NCBI GenBank assembly: GCA_963787255.1
Contig: CAWBCJ010000018.1
Coordinates: 1 to 64,000, forward strand
Direction of reading: 5' to 3'
Source of the DNA: Methanobacteriota archaeon
Lineage (GTDB): Archaea > Methanobacteriota > Methanobacteria > Methanobacteriales > Methanobacteriaceae
DNA length: 64,000 nt
In this document: piece after piece, positions 29,737 through 41,187 of the stretch
How the letters are laid out: every line of letters begins with the position of its first letter
Numbering within the stretch: the first letter of the stretch is position 1
Position numbers and translations under genes: made by a program
The notes under the pieces: generated by a model
What the model saw: only the letters and a program-made list of their open reading frames with translations
Told to the model about the DNA's origin: nothing
The model's database searches: none

Positions 29737-30930
29737 GTGAATTTAATGTTTATTGAAACTGATGTTTTAGTAGTAGGGGCAGGTCCTGCAGGTTCATCTG
29801 CCGCAAAACACGCCGCATTAAACGGTGCAAAAGTGTTGATAGTAGAAAAAAAATCTGAAATAGGTGCACCTAAAAGATGTGCTGAAGGCGTATCAAAGGA
29901 TGGATTAATCCAGTTAGGAATAGAACCAAGCAGCAGATGGGTAACTTCCGAAATTGACGGTGTACGCCTCGTATCCCCTGGCGGAACAGATGTCTGGCTA
30001 ACTCAAGATACGGTAAAACTCCCAGAAATGGGTTATGTTGTAGAAAGAAAGGTTTTCGACAAATTCATGGCAATGGACGCTGCAAGAGCTGGTGCAGATA
30101 TAATGCTTAAAACTCTTGCTAAGGGTTTAGAAAAAAAAGATGACCATGTGATCGTAAAAGCAGAAAGCATGGGCGAAGAAATTGAAATCAAGGCAAAAAT
30201 CGTAATAGGTGCAGACGGACCAGAATCAAGAATTGGAAGATGGGGCGGTCTTAGAACCGCAGTTAAGCCTAAAGATATGGAATCAGGCGCTCAATTTGAA
30301 ATGGTGGGTGTTGAAATGGAAAATCCAAATGCACTGGAATTCTATTTCGGAAGCGTTGCTCCTGGAGGCTACGCATGGGTATTCCCAAAAGGAAATGACA
30401 TTGCAAATGTTGGACTTGCTGTTATTTCAACATTAACTGAAAAAAGTGCTTATGAACACCTTGTTGAATTTGCTGAAAACTGCCCAACCACAAAAAATGC
30501 CACAGCAGTGGAATTGAATATAGGTGGGGACCCAGTTGGCGGAATACTCAAGAAAATATCAACAGACAAGATTTTAGTTGTTGGAGATGCAGCAGGAATG
30601 GTTAATCCGTTAACAGGCGGGGGAATAATAAGCGGTATGCAGGGAGGACTTATTGCAGGTGAAGTTGCTGCAGCAGCAGTTAAAGATAGTGATACATCTG
30701 AAAAAAGGCTTTCTGAGTACGATAAGCGCTGTAAAACAGAGATTGGTGATTCATTTAATAAATACATGAAGTCAAGAGACTATCTTGAAAGTCTTTCTGA
30801 TGAAGAACTTGATTCCATTGCAAAAGCCTTTAACGAAACTGAATTTGAGAGGATAAGTACTACAGAACTTCTTAAAGTTCTGGTTAAAGTTTCGCCTAAG
30901 GCACTTTTAAAGCTTGGAAAACTGTTTTAA
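29737..30930 (+). CDS. digeranylgeranylglycerophospholipid reductase (GGR)
   Basis: GAGPAG FAD motif, PKRCAEG, GADG, PGGYAWVFPK, GDAAG.VNPLTGGGI. Confidence 0.93.
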   Translation: MNLMFIETDVLVVGAGPAGSSAAKHAALNGAKVLIVEKKSEIGAPKRCAEGVSKDGLIQLGIEPSSRWVTSEIDGVRLVSPGGTDVWLTQDTVKLPEMGYVVERKVFDKFMAMDAARAGADIMLKTLAKGLEKKDDHVIVKAESMGEEIEIKAKIVIGADGPESRIGRWGGLRTAVKPKDMESGAQFEMVGVEMENPNALEFYFGSVAPGGYAWVFPKGNDIANVGLAVISTLTEKSAYEHLVEFAENCPTTKNATAVELNIGGDPVGGILKKISTDKILVVGDAAGMVNPLTGGGIISGMQGGLIAGEVAAAAVKDSDTSEKRLSEYDKRCKTEIGDSFNKYMKSRDYLESLSDEELDSIAKAFNETEFERISTTELLKVLVKVSPKALLKLGKLF

Positions 30931-30954
30931 ATTTGGAATCAATTTAATAACTTC

Positions 30955-30985
30955 AAGGGGGTTTTTTTAAATCCCCGTTTTTTTT
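30955..30985. terminator. hairpin/oligo-T element between convergent GGR and UbiA genes
   Basis: GGGGG-TTTTTTTAAAT-CCCC followed by a T-run. Confidence 0.5.
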
Positions 30986-31008
30986 ATATTACTTTATAAA
31001 TTCTTATT

Positions 31009-31806
31009 TTAAAATAAAATAATTAAAATACATAAAAAGAAGAATATCATGGCAATTTGATGATATGCTCTATCTGCAATATACACCATTTCTTCTTTTT
31101 TTGTAAAAAGAGAAAGATAAAGAGGTATTGCAGCTAAAAATGCAGGTACAATGGCAACTGCAAATTGAATATAATTCATCTCTCCAATAATTAATATATA
31201 AATTAAGAGAACGCCGGATATTACTCCGATAATACTTGCAGCTACTGTTTTTGATTTATACATGGCATAAGTGGCCATACCTGCAAGATACATGAATAGA
31301 TAAACGCTTAAAGGAACTATTAATATATTACCTAGCAATATACAGCACGAAGCGATCCTAAGTACAGTGTTTGTGGCAGTGCTGGTGAAGGGTGCAAGTA
31401 CAGTTTCTTTAAGTCTAATTGGGGGTAGTGTGTAGGCTAATTGATTTAAAAGCATTAATCCTAAAATTATGGTAAATTCAGGGCTTAAAGTAGCTAATGA
31501 AACTATAAAAACTATTATAATTAAAATTCCACTAAAAAGAGCAATCCATTTTTTGTCAATATTATCTTTAATAAAAGCCCGATTTCTTTTGGAATAGTCT
31601 TTTTTGTCAATTTCAAGATCTGTAAGGTCATTAAGGCTGTATAATGCTCCCCAAAGCACAGAGACCAGTAAGAGACCTTCCAATATTTCTAGGGGATTGG
31701 TAATGGCCACACCTGAAAAATAGGCATAAGTAAGGGCAAGCAGATATGCATTGAGGTTTTTAGACGCCCAAGATATCCTTGTGGATTTAATAAGGGTTTT
31801 TATCAT
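31009..31806 (-). CDS. UbiA-family prenyltransferase
   Basis: YSLNDLTDLEIDK...K.NR first Asp-rich motif, YTLPPIRLKE. Confidence 0.85.
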   Translation of the reverse strand: MIKTLIKSTRISWASKNLNAYLLALTYAYFSGVAITNPLEILEGLLLVSVLWGALYSLNDLTDLEIDKKDYSKRNRAFIKDNIDKKWIALFSGILIIIVFIVSLATLSPEFTIILGLMLLNQLAYTLPPIRLKETVLAPFTSTATNTVLRIASCCILLGNILIVPLSVYLFMYLAGMATYAMYKSKTVAASIIGVISGVLLIYILIIGEMNYIQFAVAIVPAFLAAIPLYLSLFTKKEEMVYIADRAYHQIAMIFFFLCILIILF

Positions 31807-31888
31807 TATTCGTCCTCATATAGATTTTAAAACACAGCTTGGTTATTTTTCAGGTTTATAATAGTAATATTATCTAAAATAGTTTAGT

Positions 31889-32686
31889 TTATTTTTCGAG
31901 TGCATGACATATAAATCTTGGTTTGCAGCCGTATTTCTGGATGCATTGTTTAATTTTTTGGGGGTCAGCATCTTCAATGTGCATCCTGACAATTTCAGCT
32001 GTTTCTTTTTCTGAATATGATATTTCTATGACGGTAAAAAATAACTTAAGGATATTAATGGTGATTTTTGAAAAAAAACCAAAATCAGTGAATATATCGT
32101 ATTTTTTATTGTTTATGCGGATTCTCCAGGCTGTTTGAAGAATTATATTCATATTTTTGAAGTATTTCCTGTTTTTAAAATATTCTATTATACAAAGTAA
32201 ATAGAAGTAAAAAGACCTGAAGCCAGCTTTATTTGTCCACATACTAAATCCTATGTCTTTTGGATTTAAAATATGGGCATCGTGAAAGCTGTCTGCAATT
32301 AAAACAGCGTCAAATTTAGAAAGTCTTTTATAAACGTTTTCTTTTGATTTTAACCCTAGATCATTTGCCAAGTCCTTAAAAAGCTTGTTAAAAACTTCTT
32401 TTGAGCTTTCATTTCCTGATTCTAAGCTGAATTTAACGTCGTAAATATTTAAATCAGTTTCTCTGAGTGCTTGAAAAATATTTGTAGATTTACCAGTTCC
32501 TGGAGCTCCTATTACATGAACAATTTTTCCTTTCTCTGTTTTTAAATTTTTCAATGCTTTAAAGAGCTTTTTATAGCAATCAGTTTCCATAAAAACGCGG
32601 TTATCCTCAGGGGAGTTTACCTTGTATTTATCCATATCAATATATTCATTTTTAAAGTATATAAATATCAAATACTGATTTGCCAT
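31889..32686 (-). CDS. uncharacterised P-loop NTPase-like protein (paralog of 3374-4123)
   Basis: GAPGTGKS, VLIADSFHD, KYGCKPRFI; likely start at MDKYK. Confidence 0.75.
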   Translation of the reverse strand: MANQYLIFIYFKNEYIDMDKYKVNSPEDNRVFMETDCYKKLFKALKNLKTEKGKIVHVIGAPGTGKSTNIFQALRETDLNIYDVKFSLESGNESSKEVFNKLFKDLANDLGLKSKENVYKRLSKFDAVLIADSFHDAHILNPKDIGFSMWTNKAGFRSFYFYLLCIIEYFKNRKYFKNMNIILQTAWRIRINNKKYDIFTDFGFFSKITINILKLFFTVIEISYSEKETAEIVRMHIEDADPQKIKQCIQKYGCKPRFICHALEK

Positions 32687-32824
32687 AAAAAAAGCTCATT
32701 TAAAGACTAGAATCTAAAATTAATCTTTTAAAGGAACATATATATCCATGTAATATAATTTTAGAATATTTTATTATATTTCAAGATCATAATTTATTCA
32801 TGAAAAATAATGTGAGGCTTTTAA

Positions 32825-34585
32825 ATGGCAAAATATAGATGTGTGGTCTGTAATTACATATTCGATGAAAAAATAGAGGGAAAAAAGTTTCAGGATTTAC
32901 CTGATGACTGGAAATGTCCTTTATGCAATGTATCTAAAGATTTATTTGTTCCTTTAAAAGAAAAAGCTGAGGTAACTGAGAAAAAAGCAGAAAAAACGGT
33001 TTCTGATGTCTTAGTGGATCAGTTAGTTGAATGGGGAGTAAAATATGTTTTTGGAATGCCGGGAACATCAGTTTTGGGAATCATTGAATCTATAAGAAAA
33101 AATCAGGGAATAAAATACATACAGGTAAGGCATGAGGAAACTGCAGCTTTTATGGCATCAGCCCATGGTAAACTCACCGGACATGTAGCTGCATGTCTAA
33201 CAATAGCCGGGCCTGGCTCAACCAATTTAGCAACGGGATTATATGATGCACAACTGGATCATTCGCCAGTTTTAGCCATAACTGGTATGGTAAAAAGACA
33301 GATAATTGGCCCTGGTTCTTTCCAAGAGATTGATCAATATTCCTTTTTTAAGCCAGTATCGGTGTTTGATAAAATCCTTATGTCCCGGAAACAGACAGTG
33401 CCTCTTACGACCCTTGCAATAAAACACGCGCTTGTAGAAGGTGGTGTTTCTCACTTAGGAATTCCAGTTGATCTTCAAAGCAGAGCACATGATGCAGAAA
33501 TAGTCCAATTTGAAGGAAATTTTCCCAATAATTCAATTTCACAACCTGAAATTATGGTGATAAAAGCGGCCCAGGTTATTAATAAAGCTAGAAGACCAGT
33601 TATCATCATAGGTTTTGGTGCAATGGGACAGGGAGATAACATAATTGAGTTTGCAGAGAAAATTTCAGCACCTATTGTCACAACATTCAGGGGAAAGGGA
33701 GTAATTGATGAAGATCATCCTCTTTACGTGGGAAGTCATGGGGGAATTGGTTCAACTGCGGCAGCTAAGCTGGTTATGGATTCAGATCTTTTGATTGTGA
33801 TTGGATGTTCATTTTCTGACCAAACAATGATTCCAGAAAAAAGGATGGTGCAGATTGACATAAATCCAATGATGATAGCAAAAAGACACAGTGTTGAGGT
33901 AGGTCTTTTTGGAAATTCATCTGTTTTAGTACCTCAACTAAAAGAAAAAGTTAAAGAGAATAAAAAGGAAAGTTATTTGGATGAAATAATTAATTTAAAA
34001 AAAGAATGGTTGGATTTACTTCAAGAAGAAGCTGATTCAACAAAAACTCCAATACGTCCCCAATACATTTTAAAGGTTCTAAATGAAAAGATTGCAGATG
34101 ATGCTATAATCACTTTGGATGTGGGAGAAAATGGATGGTGGTTTGGAAGGAATTTCTGGATGAAAAAAACCCAGAAGATGATATTTTCAGGTTATCTTGG
34201 CTCTATGGCATTTTCGTTACCTGCAGCAATTGCAGCGCAGCTTATATATCCCCAAAGACAAGTAATTTGCACAGCCGGAGATGGGGGATTTGCAATGCTT
34301 ATGGCTGATTTTATGACTGCTGTAAAAAATAAACTGCCAATAAAGGTATTTATATTCAATAACAGTGAACTAGCAATGATTCGACAGGAACAACTTACGG
34401 AAAACTATCCAAATTATGAAACAGAACTGCATAACTTTGATTTTGCCCAATATGCCAGAAATTGTGGAGGTGTTGGAATTAAAGTTGAAAAAGCAGAAGA
34501 ATTAGAAGGAGCAGTTGATGAAGCGCTTAAATTAGATGAACCAGTTATAGTTGATATTAATACTGATCCAGTAAGATTTGTATGA
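32825..34585 (+). CDS. rubredoxin-fused thiamine-diphosphate enzyme (pyruvate oxidase/acetolactate synthase superfamily)
   Basis: N-terminal CVVC...LPDDWKCPLC; RHEETAAFMA, GPGSTN, GDGGFAM...NN. Confidence 0.9.
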   Translation: MAKYRCVVCNYIFDEKIEGKKFQDLPDDWKCPLCNVSKDLFVPLKEKAEVTEKKAEKTVSDVLVDQLVEWGVKYVFGMPGTSVLGIIESIRKNQGIKYIQVRHEETAAFMASAHGKLTGHVAACLTIAGPGSTNLATGLYDAQLDHSPVLAITGMVKRQIIGPGSFQEIDQYSFFKPVSVFDKILMSRKQTVPLTTLAIKHALVEGGVSHLGIPVDLQSRAHDAEIVQFEGNFPNNSISQPEIMVIKAAQVINKARRPVIIIGFGAMGQGDNIIEFAEKISAPIVTTFRGKGVIDEDHPLYVGSHGGIGSTAAAKLVMDSDLLIVIGCSFSDQTMIPEKRMVQIDINPMMIAKRHSVEVGLFGNSSVLVPQLKEKVKENKKESYLDEIINLKKEWLDLLQEEADSTKTPIRPQYILKVLNEKIADDAIITLDVGENGWWFGRNFWMKKTQKMIFSGYLGSMAFSLPAAIAAQLIYPQRQVICTAGDGGFAMLMADFMTAVKNKLPIKVFIFNNSELAMIRQEQLTENYPNYETELHNFDFAQYARNCGGVGIKVEKAEELEGAVDEALKLDEPVIVDINTDPVRFV

Positions 34586-34758
34586 TTAACAGATTTTTTA
34601 CATTTAATCAATAAGAGTTCTAGCTTAAAAATCTTAAAAATTTATATAAAACCATAGTTTATAGTTAGACTAGGGATGAGGAAAAAAAGGAAAATTGAAG
34701 ATTATTATCACCGGTGTAAAAATGGGTTAACGGAGATTATTAATGAATATTTTATAAT

Positions 34759-35685
34759 TTGAGGAAAAAAAATATGAAAGTACCGTGTATAATTGAAGAA
34801 TCTCTTTTTAGACCTGAAGCTGTAAGATGGAGAGATAGAATGGGCTTACTTGAGCCAATGGGTGATACAGTGGTTATTTTACCATGCAGCATGAGAAAAC
34901 CCTATTCATCTTCTAGATCTCACTTAATTTTTATGAGAGTTACTAAAGGCATTCAAGAATGTATATTAACTTCTCCATTTGGAATTTGCCCTCGTGAACT
35001 GGAAAAAACATATCCAATACAATCATATGACACTTCTACAACTGGTGAATGGTCATGCGAAGAAATTAAAGTTGTAGGGGAATGTTTGGAGAAGTATGTT
35101 GGTGAAAAAGAGGTAATAGCGCATGTAGAAGGTGGATATAAGCAAGTTTGTGAAGAATATCTTAAGGATGCTATTTATACATCTAAGGGTAAAACTACAT
35201 CAAAAGAATCAATTGAAAACCTCAAAAATGAAGTTAAAAAACATCCTCGAATTAAGGGGAGAGTTAAGACACTGCATATGTTTAGATCAATTGCACGCTA
35301 TCAATTTAACACACAAGAAGCCGACGCATTAATACCTGACAATGTTAAGGTAATTGGAAGGTTTGATAGAAGATTAATGGTTGATGGAAAACAAATTGCT
35401 ACTTTACACTTTAACAATGGTTTTTACTCATTAAATTTACAAGGAGGAGAACTATTAAAGGACATTGGAGTTAAATGGGTACAAATTGGATTCGATCTTA
35501 AAACAAACACTTTATTTTCTCCAGGTGTAGAAGATGCTCATGCAGATATAATTCCCAACGATGAGGTAGTTGTATTGAAAAACGATGAAGTTGTAGGTGT
35601 TGGAAAAGCTGTACTAAGCGGTGAAGAAATGAAAAGAGCGGTTAAAGGTGTTGCAGTTAAAATAAGGCATAGAAAAAAAGGATAA
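34759..35685 (+). CDS. arcS: archaeosine synthase-like protein (ArcS C-terminal part + PUA domain)
   Basis: LPCSMRKPYS.S.SH, PRELE..YP, C-terminal PUA (GVAVKIRHR). Confidence 0.75.
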   Translation: MRKKNMKVPCIIEESLFRPEAVRWRDRMGLLEPMGDTVVILPCSMRKPYSSSRSHLIFMRVTKGIQECILTSPFGICPRELEKTYPIQSYDTSTTGEWSCEEIKVVGECLEKYVGEKEVIAHVEGGYKQVCEEYLKDAIYTSKGKTTSKESIENLKNEVKKHPRIKGRVKTLHMFRSIARYQFNTQEADALIPDNVKVIGRFDRRLMVDGKQIATLHFNNGFYSLNLQGGELLKDIGVKWVQIGFDLKTNTLFSPGVEDAHADIIPNDEVVVLKNDEVVGVGKAVLSGEEMKRAVKGVAVKIRHRKKG

Positions 35686-36017
35686 ATAATATGGAAGAAT
35701 TTTAGGTTCTTGCAGCTGATTTATAAGCACTATTTTAATTTCATTATCTCATTAAAGCATAGGTAATGTGCGGGTTCCATTAATATTTTGTATTTCATTG
35801 TAGATTCTTTTAAAAACGCTATAATTTCTTAATTTCTATTCATTTTATAACCTTAAAATATAAATAACTTTAAAGGTCATAAATAAAATTAATATTAAAT
35901 TTCCCTATTTTTAAATAGAATTTAAATGAAAAATAATTATTTAACTTTAGGGGCTAAAAATAAATTATTAATATAAAAATGAAGATAAATTTAAATTCAT
36001 TATTTTGAGGAGATATT

Positions 36018-36311
36018 ATGACAGATGAATTAGTAGAAAAAGTTAAAGAATCTTTATCAACAGTAGCTGACCCTCACATGGGCATTAGCATAGTAGAAAT
36101 GGGAATTGTCCAGAACATCGAAATTATTAAAGATGAAGGCACAGTTGCAAAAGTTACAATTAGACCAACTAACCCTGGCTGTATGAGCGCAGCAAACATT
36201 GCAATGAGCGCTAAAGTTGCTGCTGAGAAAGTTGAAGGAATAGACAAAGCTGAAATCATTGTTGAAGGTCACATGATGGCTGACGCTATTTGTGAAATGG
36301 TAAACAAATAA
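36018..36311 (+). CDS. DUF59/MIP18 (SufT-like) Fe-S cluster assembly protein
   Basis: VADPHMGISIVEMGIV, PTNPGC. Confidence 0.88.
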   Translation: MTDELVEKVKESLSTVADPHMGISIVEMGIVQNIEIIKDEGTVAKVTIRPTNPGCMSAANIAMSAKVAAEKVEGIDKAEIIVEGHMMADAICEMVNK

Positions 36312-36329
36312 TTAGCAACTGGATTTATT

Positions 36330-36890
36330 ATGAAGCTACCATGGAACACTGTAGTGGTTACAGGCGTTCCAGGAGTAGGTAAAACATCACTCTGTAGAAG
36401 AGTGTCTAATGATTTAGGTTACAATTACGTAAATTATGGAGATCTGATGCTTTCTATTGCTGAAAGCAGGGGTCTCGCTTCTACAGATTCTCAGATGTTC
36501 AGTTTGGATATAGACGTTCAATATACGATCTGGAAGGATGCTGCTTTAAAAATAAAAGATATGGACAGGATTCTTGTAGATTTACATGGTGTTGACCAAT
36601 CATCCATTGGATATATAATTTCTCTACCGGTTGAAATCATTAAGCCGGATATAATTGTGATTATAGAGTCTTCAAAGGAAAATATACTCATACGAAGAAA
36701 GAAAGATATCAAGGAAAGAATAATTGACACTGTTAAAAGTTTAAATGAGCATATGGATATTTTAAGGGTTGCAATGGCTTCATGTTCTGCTATTTTAGGA
36801 TGTAATTTGATAATACTAAAAAATGATGATTTTCAGGCCTGCCTGGAGGACATGGAAAATGTTTTAGGTAATAAAATATTTTTGAATTAA
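36330..36890 (+). CDS. archaeal adenylate kinase-like protein
   Basis: VVVTGVPGVGKTS, VNYGDLM, LVDLH, IL.RR.KD. Confidence 0.85.
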   Translation: MKLPWNTVVVTGVPGVGKTSLCRRVSNDLGYNYVNYGDLMLSIAESRGLASTDSQMFSLDIDVQYTIWKDAALKIKDMDRILVDLHGVDQSSIGYIISLPVEIIKPDIIVIIESSKENILIRRKKDIKERIIDTVKSLNEHMDILRVAMASCSAILGCNLIILKNDDFQACLEDMENVLGNKIFLN

Positions 36891-37004
36891 AAACTAGAGC
36901 AAAGTTTATATATGATGAAGCCTAAACCTTGAAACTACCTTTTTACAGGTTTTGAAATCTTTAAAAAGGCCAATCAAATATTTGCATTTTAATTAATTGA
37001 TGGA

Positions 37005-37078
37005 GGGCCCGTGGCTCAGCTTGGTAGAGCGCACGGCTGATAACCGTGAGGCCCTGGGTTCGAATCCCAGCGGGCCCA
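37005..37078 (+). tRNA. tRNA-Ile (GAU), CCA not encoded
   Basis: GGGCCCG/CGGGCCC acceptor stem, CACGG-CTGATAA-CCGTG anticodon arm, GTTCGAATC T-loop. Confidence 0.97.
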
Positions 37079-37484
37079 TTAATTATTAATTTTTATGATT
37101 CATTAAATAATTAATTCTTTGAATTTTAAAAGAAGATACATAAGGTTTTATTTTTAATCATTTAAAGAAGATTTAATCCTTTAAATATTATCTCAATCAT
37201 TTTGCAGCATTTAAATTTTTGGGTTGTAATACATTAATTAAAAAGATGAAATGTTGTTGCAAAAAATTTATATCTGAAATAAATACATACTATAAGTTGG
37301 AGCAATGATGGTAATTAATTACCTCATTTTATTCTATTTTTTTTAAAAACGTGTTTATTGAGCTTATTTTTCTGTTATCTCTTACCTAATGGTTTTATAA
37401 TTTTATGAAGCTTTTCATAGTTGGACCAACGATGCTAATCAATTACTAATTATTATTTCATTAAACCCATTGCATTAATTTCTG

Positions 37485-38540
37485 CTATTTCCATGTTTTA
37501 TTACTTGATTTTATAAATTCTTGAAGTTTTTTAGTAGCATTACCCGATTTTACAGCTTCAAAAGATTTTTTAACTCCATCGGGGAGATTGTCTACAATGT
37601 TTGCTAAAAATAAGATAGCGGCAGCGTTTACAAGGCATAAATCCAGTCTTGCCCTGTCAGTTTCAGTAGTATTTTTACCTTCTAAAACATTAACTGCTAT
37701 TTTTTTATTTTTTTCTAAATTAGATGAAGCTTTAATAAATTCTTTATCTATCTTTTTTATTCCAAAATCTTCAGGATATAGTTCTTTAACTTCAATCATG
37801 CCTTCATTAATAAATGCAACTTTTGTTTTGCCAATAGTGGAAATTTCATCCATTGCAGGATTTCCTTCTTCGTCAAACCCGTGAACCACCATAGCATGTT
37901 TTATATCCAACTTTCTAAGCACATTAGCCATGATTTCAACGTATTTTGGGTCGAAAACCCCTAATAATTGTATATCTGCACTTGCAGGCGATGTAAGAGG
38001 ACCTAAAATATTAAAAACTGTTCTAGTTCCAATTTGTTGCCTTATGGGCATTACATGTTTCATTGCAGGATGAAAATTAGGTGCGAACATGAATCCTATA
38101 CCTGCCTGTTCCATACATCTTTCCACTTCCTTGGCATTACAGTCTATATTAACTCCAAGAGCTTCTAAAACGTCCGCACCACCGCATTTACTTGTTATGC
38201 TTCTGTTACCATGTTTTGCAACTGCAACACCACATGAAGCAGCTATAATGGCAGAAATAGTGCTTATATTAAATGTTTTTAGTTTATCGCCACCTGTACC
38301 GCAGGTATCAACAAGAGGAGCATTAATATCTGGAGAAACGCTAATACTAACCTTACGCATTGCCTTTACAAAACCAGTTATTTCATCAACTGTTTCACCC
38401 TTCATGGAAAGAGCAGTAAGAAGAGATGCTATTTGAATGTTGCTTGCATTACCGCTAACTATATGCATCATACAATCGTAAGCTTCTTTTTCACTTAGAT
38501 CTTCAAATAACACCACTTTTTTGATACATTTTGCCATCAT
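37485..38540 (-). CDS. trpD: anthranilate phosphoribosyltransferase
   Basis: DTCGTGGD, NIST, KHGNRS. Confidence 0.97.
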   Translation of the reverse strand: MMAKCIKKVVLFEDLSEKEAYDCMMHIVSGNASNIQIASLLTALSMKGETVDEITGFVKAMRKVSISVSPDINAPLVDTCGTGGDKLKTFNISTISAIIAASCGVAVAKHGNRSITSKCGGADVLEALGVNIDCNAKEVERCMEQAGIGFMFAPNFHPAMKHVMPIRQQIGTRTVFNILGPLTSPASADIQLLGVFDPKYVEIMANVLRKLDIKHAMVVHGFDEEGNPAMDEISTIGKTKVAFINEGMIEVKELYPEDFGIKKIDKEFIKASSNLEKNKKIAVNVLEGKNTTETDRARLDLCLVNAAAILFLANIVDNLPDGVKKSFEAVKSGNATKKLQEFIKSSNKTWK

Positions 38541-38556
38541 TTTATAATCACGCAGT

Positions 38557-39366
38557 CTAGATCTTTGTTGCTTCTTTTAGTTCCCTGCAAAAAACAGCGA
38601 TTTTCTGTAGCATCACATCTTTATTTTCCTGATTTTCAGTGATTAAGTTTAATATGGCACTTGCAACAATTGCACCGTCAGCTCCGGACTTTATAACTTC
38701 CCTAACGTGCTCTGGTTTTGAAATACCGAAACCAACGCATATGGGGAGGTCGCTGTTTGCTTTAACACGTTCTATTAGCTCAACAGAGCTGTTTTTAAGT
38801 TCACTTCTTGCACCGGTTATTCCCATGACTGCCACTACGTAAAGAAAACCTGAACAAATTTCTGTAATTTTAGGTAGTCTTTCATTGCTGGTACTTTGAG
38901 CTGCCATGAAAATCTGCTGAATTCCATTTTCTTTGGAGGCTTTAAGAGCATCACCTGCTTCTTCAGGGGGTAAATCTGCTGCTAGAACTGCATTTGCACC
39001 GCTTTCTCTTGCAGTTTTGTAGTATTTATCAAGACCCATTTTGTAAATTAAATTGTAATAAGTCAAAACGCCAATGGGAATATCTGTAAATTCTCTTACC
39101 TTTTTAATAAATTCAAACCCTTTTTGCACTGTCATTCCAGCTTCAAGTGCTCTGATATCAGCAAGTTGTACCGTTGGCCCATCAGCTACAGGATCGCTGA
39201 AAGGAAATCCTATTTCCAATGCGTCGGCACCATTTTGGGCGAAGGTCTTTACAATTTCAAGAGAGGTTTCAAAATCAGGATCTCCAGCAACAATAAATGG
39301 GACAAAAGCACCTTCATTTTTTTCTTTTACCCGCTTGAACATTTCATTGTAAGTTTCTATATTCAT
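38557..39366 (-). CDS. trpA: tryptophan synthase alpha chain
   Basis: [27 protein letters not shown]. Confidence 0.97.
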   Translation of the reverse strand: MNIETYNEMFKRVKEKNEGAFVPFIVAGDPDFETSLEIVKTFAQNGADALEIGFPFSDPVADGPTVQLADIRALEAGMTVQKGFEFIKKVREFTDIPIGVLTYYNLIYKMGLDKYYKTARESGANAVLAADLPPEEAGDALKASKENGIQQIFMAAQSTSNERLPKITEICSGFLYVVAVMGITGARSELKNSSVELIERVKANSDLPICVGFGISKPEHVREVIKSGADGAIVASAILNLITENQENKDVMLQKIAVFCRELKEATKI

Positions 39367-40536
39367 ACTTTCACCCCCATAAGCTTTGCAAGTATGTCCA
39401 CGTCCTTATCTCCCCTTCCAGAAAGATTTACAACTACAGTTTTACCTTTATTCTCTGCAGCGTACTTTTCAAGGCATCCTATGGCATGAGAACTTTCAAG
39501 CGCAGGTAAAATTCCTTCATATTTAGAAAGAAGCTCAAAACCTCTAAGTGCTTCATCATTTGTAATTGGAACATATTTTGCACGTCCTGTGGTTTTAAGA
39601 TAGGAATGTTCAGGTCCAACTCCAGGATAATCAAGCCCTGCAGATATTGAATGCGCTTCTGCTATTTGTCCGTCACCATCTTGAAGAACAAATGATAAAG
39701 AACCGTGTAAAACTCCTTCAGTTCCTGCAGTGAGAGTTGCTCCATGTTTACCATTCAATCCTTCACCACCACCTTCAGCACCAATTAATTCAACTTCTCC
39801 GTGCTCTATAAACTCTGAAAAAATGCCTATTGAATTGCTCCCACCCCCAACACAGGCAATCACGGCATCTGGAAGTTCACCTTCTTTTTTAAGTATATCT
39901 TCCTTGGTTTCTTTTCCAATAACTGTCTGAAAATGCTTTACCATCATAGGGATATGGGTGCGGCCCCATCGATGAACCAATAAGATAATGAGTTGTGTCT
40001 ACATTTGAAATCCAGTCCCTAAGAGCGTCATTAATAGCATCCTTAAGGGTTCTAGAACCGCTTTCAACTGGAATAACCTTAGCTCCGGATAATTCCATTC
40101 TAAAAACGTTCAACTTCTGCCTTTCAACATCCTCACTTCCCATATAAACTTCTGTGGGAAATCGAAGTAGTGAACCAATTACTGCGGTTGCTATACCGTG
40201 TTGACCCGCCCCTGTCTCTGCAATAAGTCTTTCCTTACCCATGTATTTTGCAAGAAGTCCCTGACCGAGAGTATTATTTATTTTATGCGCTCCAGTATGC
40301 AGCAAATCCTCTCTTTTAAGGTATATTTTACAGCCAAGTTTCTCTGAGAGATTCTTCGCATGATAAAGAGGAGTAGGTCTCCCTGCAAAATCCCTTAAAT
40401 AATGCGCAAGTTCTTCATTGAACTTTTTATCATCTTTATACTTTAAAAACGCCTTTTCCAGCTCTTCAAGTGCAGGAATAAGTAGTTCAGGAACAAAAGC
40501 CCCTCCGTATTTACCAAATTTGCCGTCTAATATCAT
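39363..40536 (-). CDS. trpB: tryptophan synthase beta chain, split by one extra base at ~39950
   Basis: [21 protein letters not shown] / MMVKHFQ junction, [22 protein letters not shown]; ATGA overlap with trpF. Confidence 0.95.
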
Positions 40537-41186
40537 AAATTCACCCTGCAAGTTTCCATAAATTCAATAATTTTAGATTTATTTTTGATTCCAGGACTTT
40601 CTTCAACTCCAGAATTCACATCAACGTAATCAAAAATCTTTTTAATCATTTTTCCCTCATTATTCATCCTTTCTGTATCCATTCCACCTGCAAGAAATAG
40701 TTTGATATTGGGATTAATTGCTTTTGCAGTTTCAGCGGCTCTTTCTGCAACCTCCAGGGGAATCTGCTTTCCAGTGCCTCCACTTTTCCCTGAAACCAAG
40801 GAATCAAATAAAAGATATTCACAAACCCTTGAAAACTCTTCTATTTCCAATATTTTGGAGCTATTAATTTTTTCTGGAATTCCAATGACTTTAATAACAT
40901 TAAAACCTTCTATATTGGCTATTTCCCCGGGAGACAATGAATGCAACTGCACGTTTCTAACCCCACATTCTTCAGCCTTATCTACAACTTCAATAACAGT
41001 TTCAGGCTCTAAAACAAGAACTGCTTTTTCAGGATTTTTCATCATTTCCTTTAATTCATTTATTTTTTCTATTTCCACGAACCTCTTAGATCTTTCAACG
41101 TTTATAAAGCCTATAAAACTAGGATTGAATTCTTCACAGGTTTTAAGGTCACTAAACCTTGTGATTCCGCATATTTTAACCTGCAT
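40533..41186 (-). CDS. trpF: phosphoribosylanthranilate isomerase
   Basis: VKICGIT, VQLH, GGTGK, LAGG, DVNSGVE. Confidence 0.96.
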   Translation of the reverse strand: MQVKICGITRFSDLKTCEEFNPSFIGFINVERSKRFVEIEKINELKEMMKNPEKAVLVLEPETVIEVVDKAEECGVRNVQLHSLSPGEIANIEGFNVIKVIGIPEKINSSKILEIEEFSRVCEYLLFDSLVSGKSGGTGKQIPLEVAERAAETAKAINPNIKLFLAGGMDTERMNNEGKMIKKIFDYVDVNSGVEESPGIKNKSKIIEFMETCRVNL

Positions 41187-41187
41187 T

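Noticed and set aside
36912-36960. ATGATGA box-C-like motif upstream of tRNA-Ile
   Set aside because: No matching CTGA box D; it abuts the TATA box of the tRNA promoter.
37005-37480. tRNA-Ile as an integration site
   Set aside because: No integrase and no duplicate of the tRNA 3' end seen in the window.
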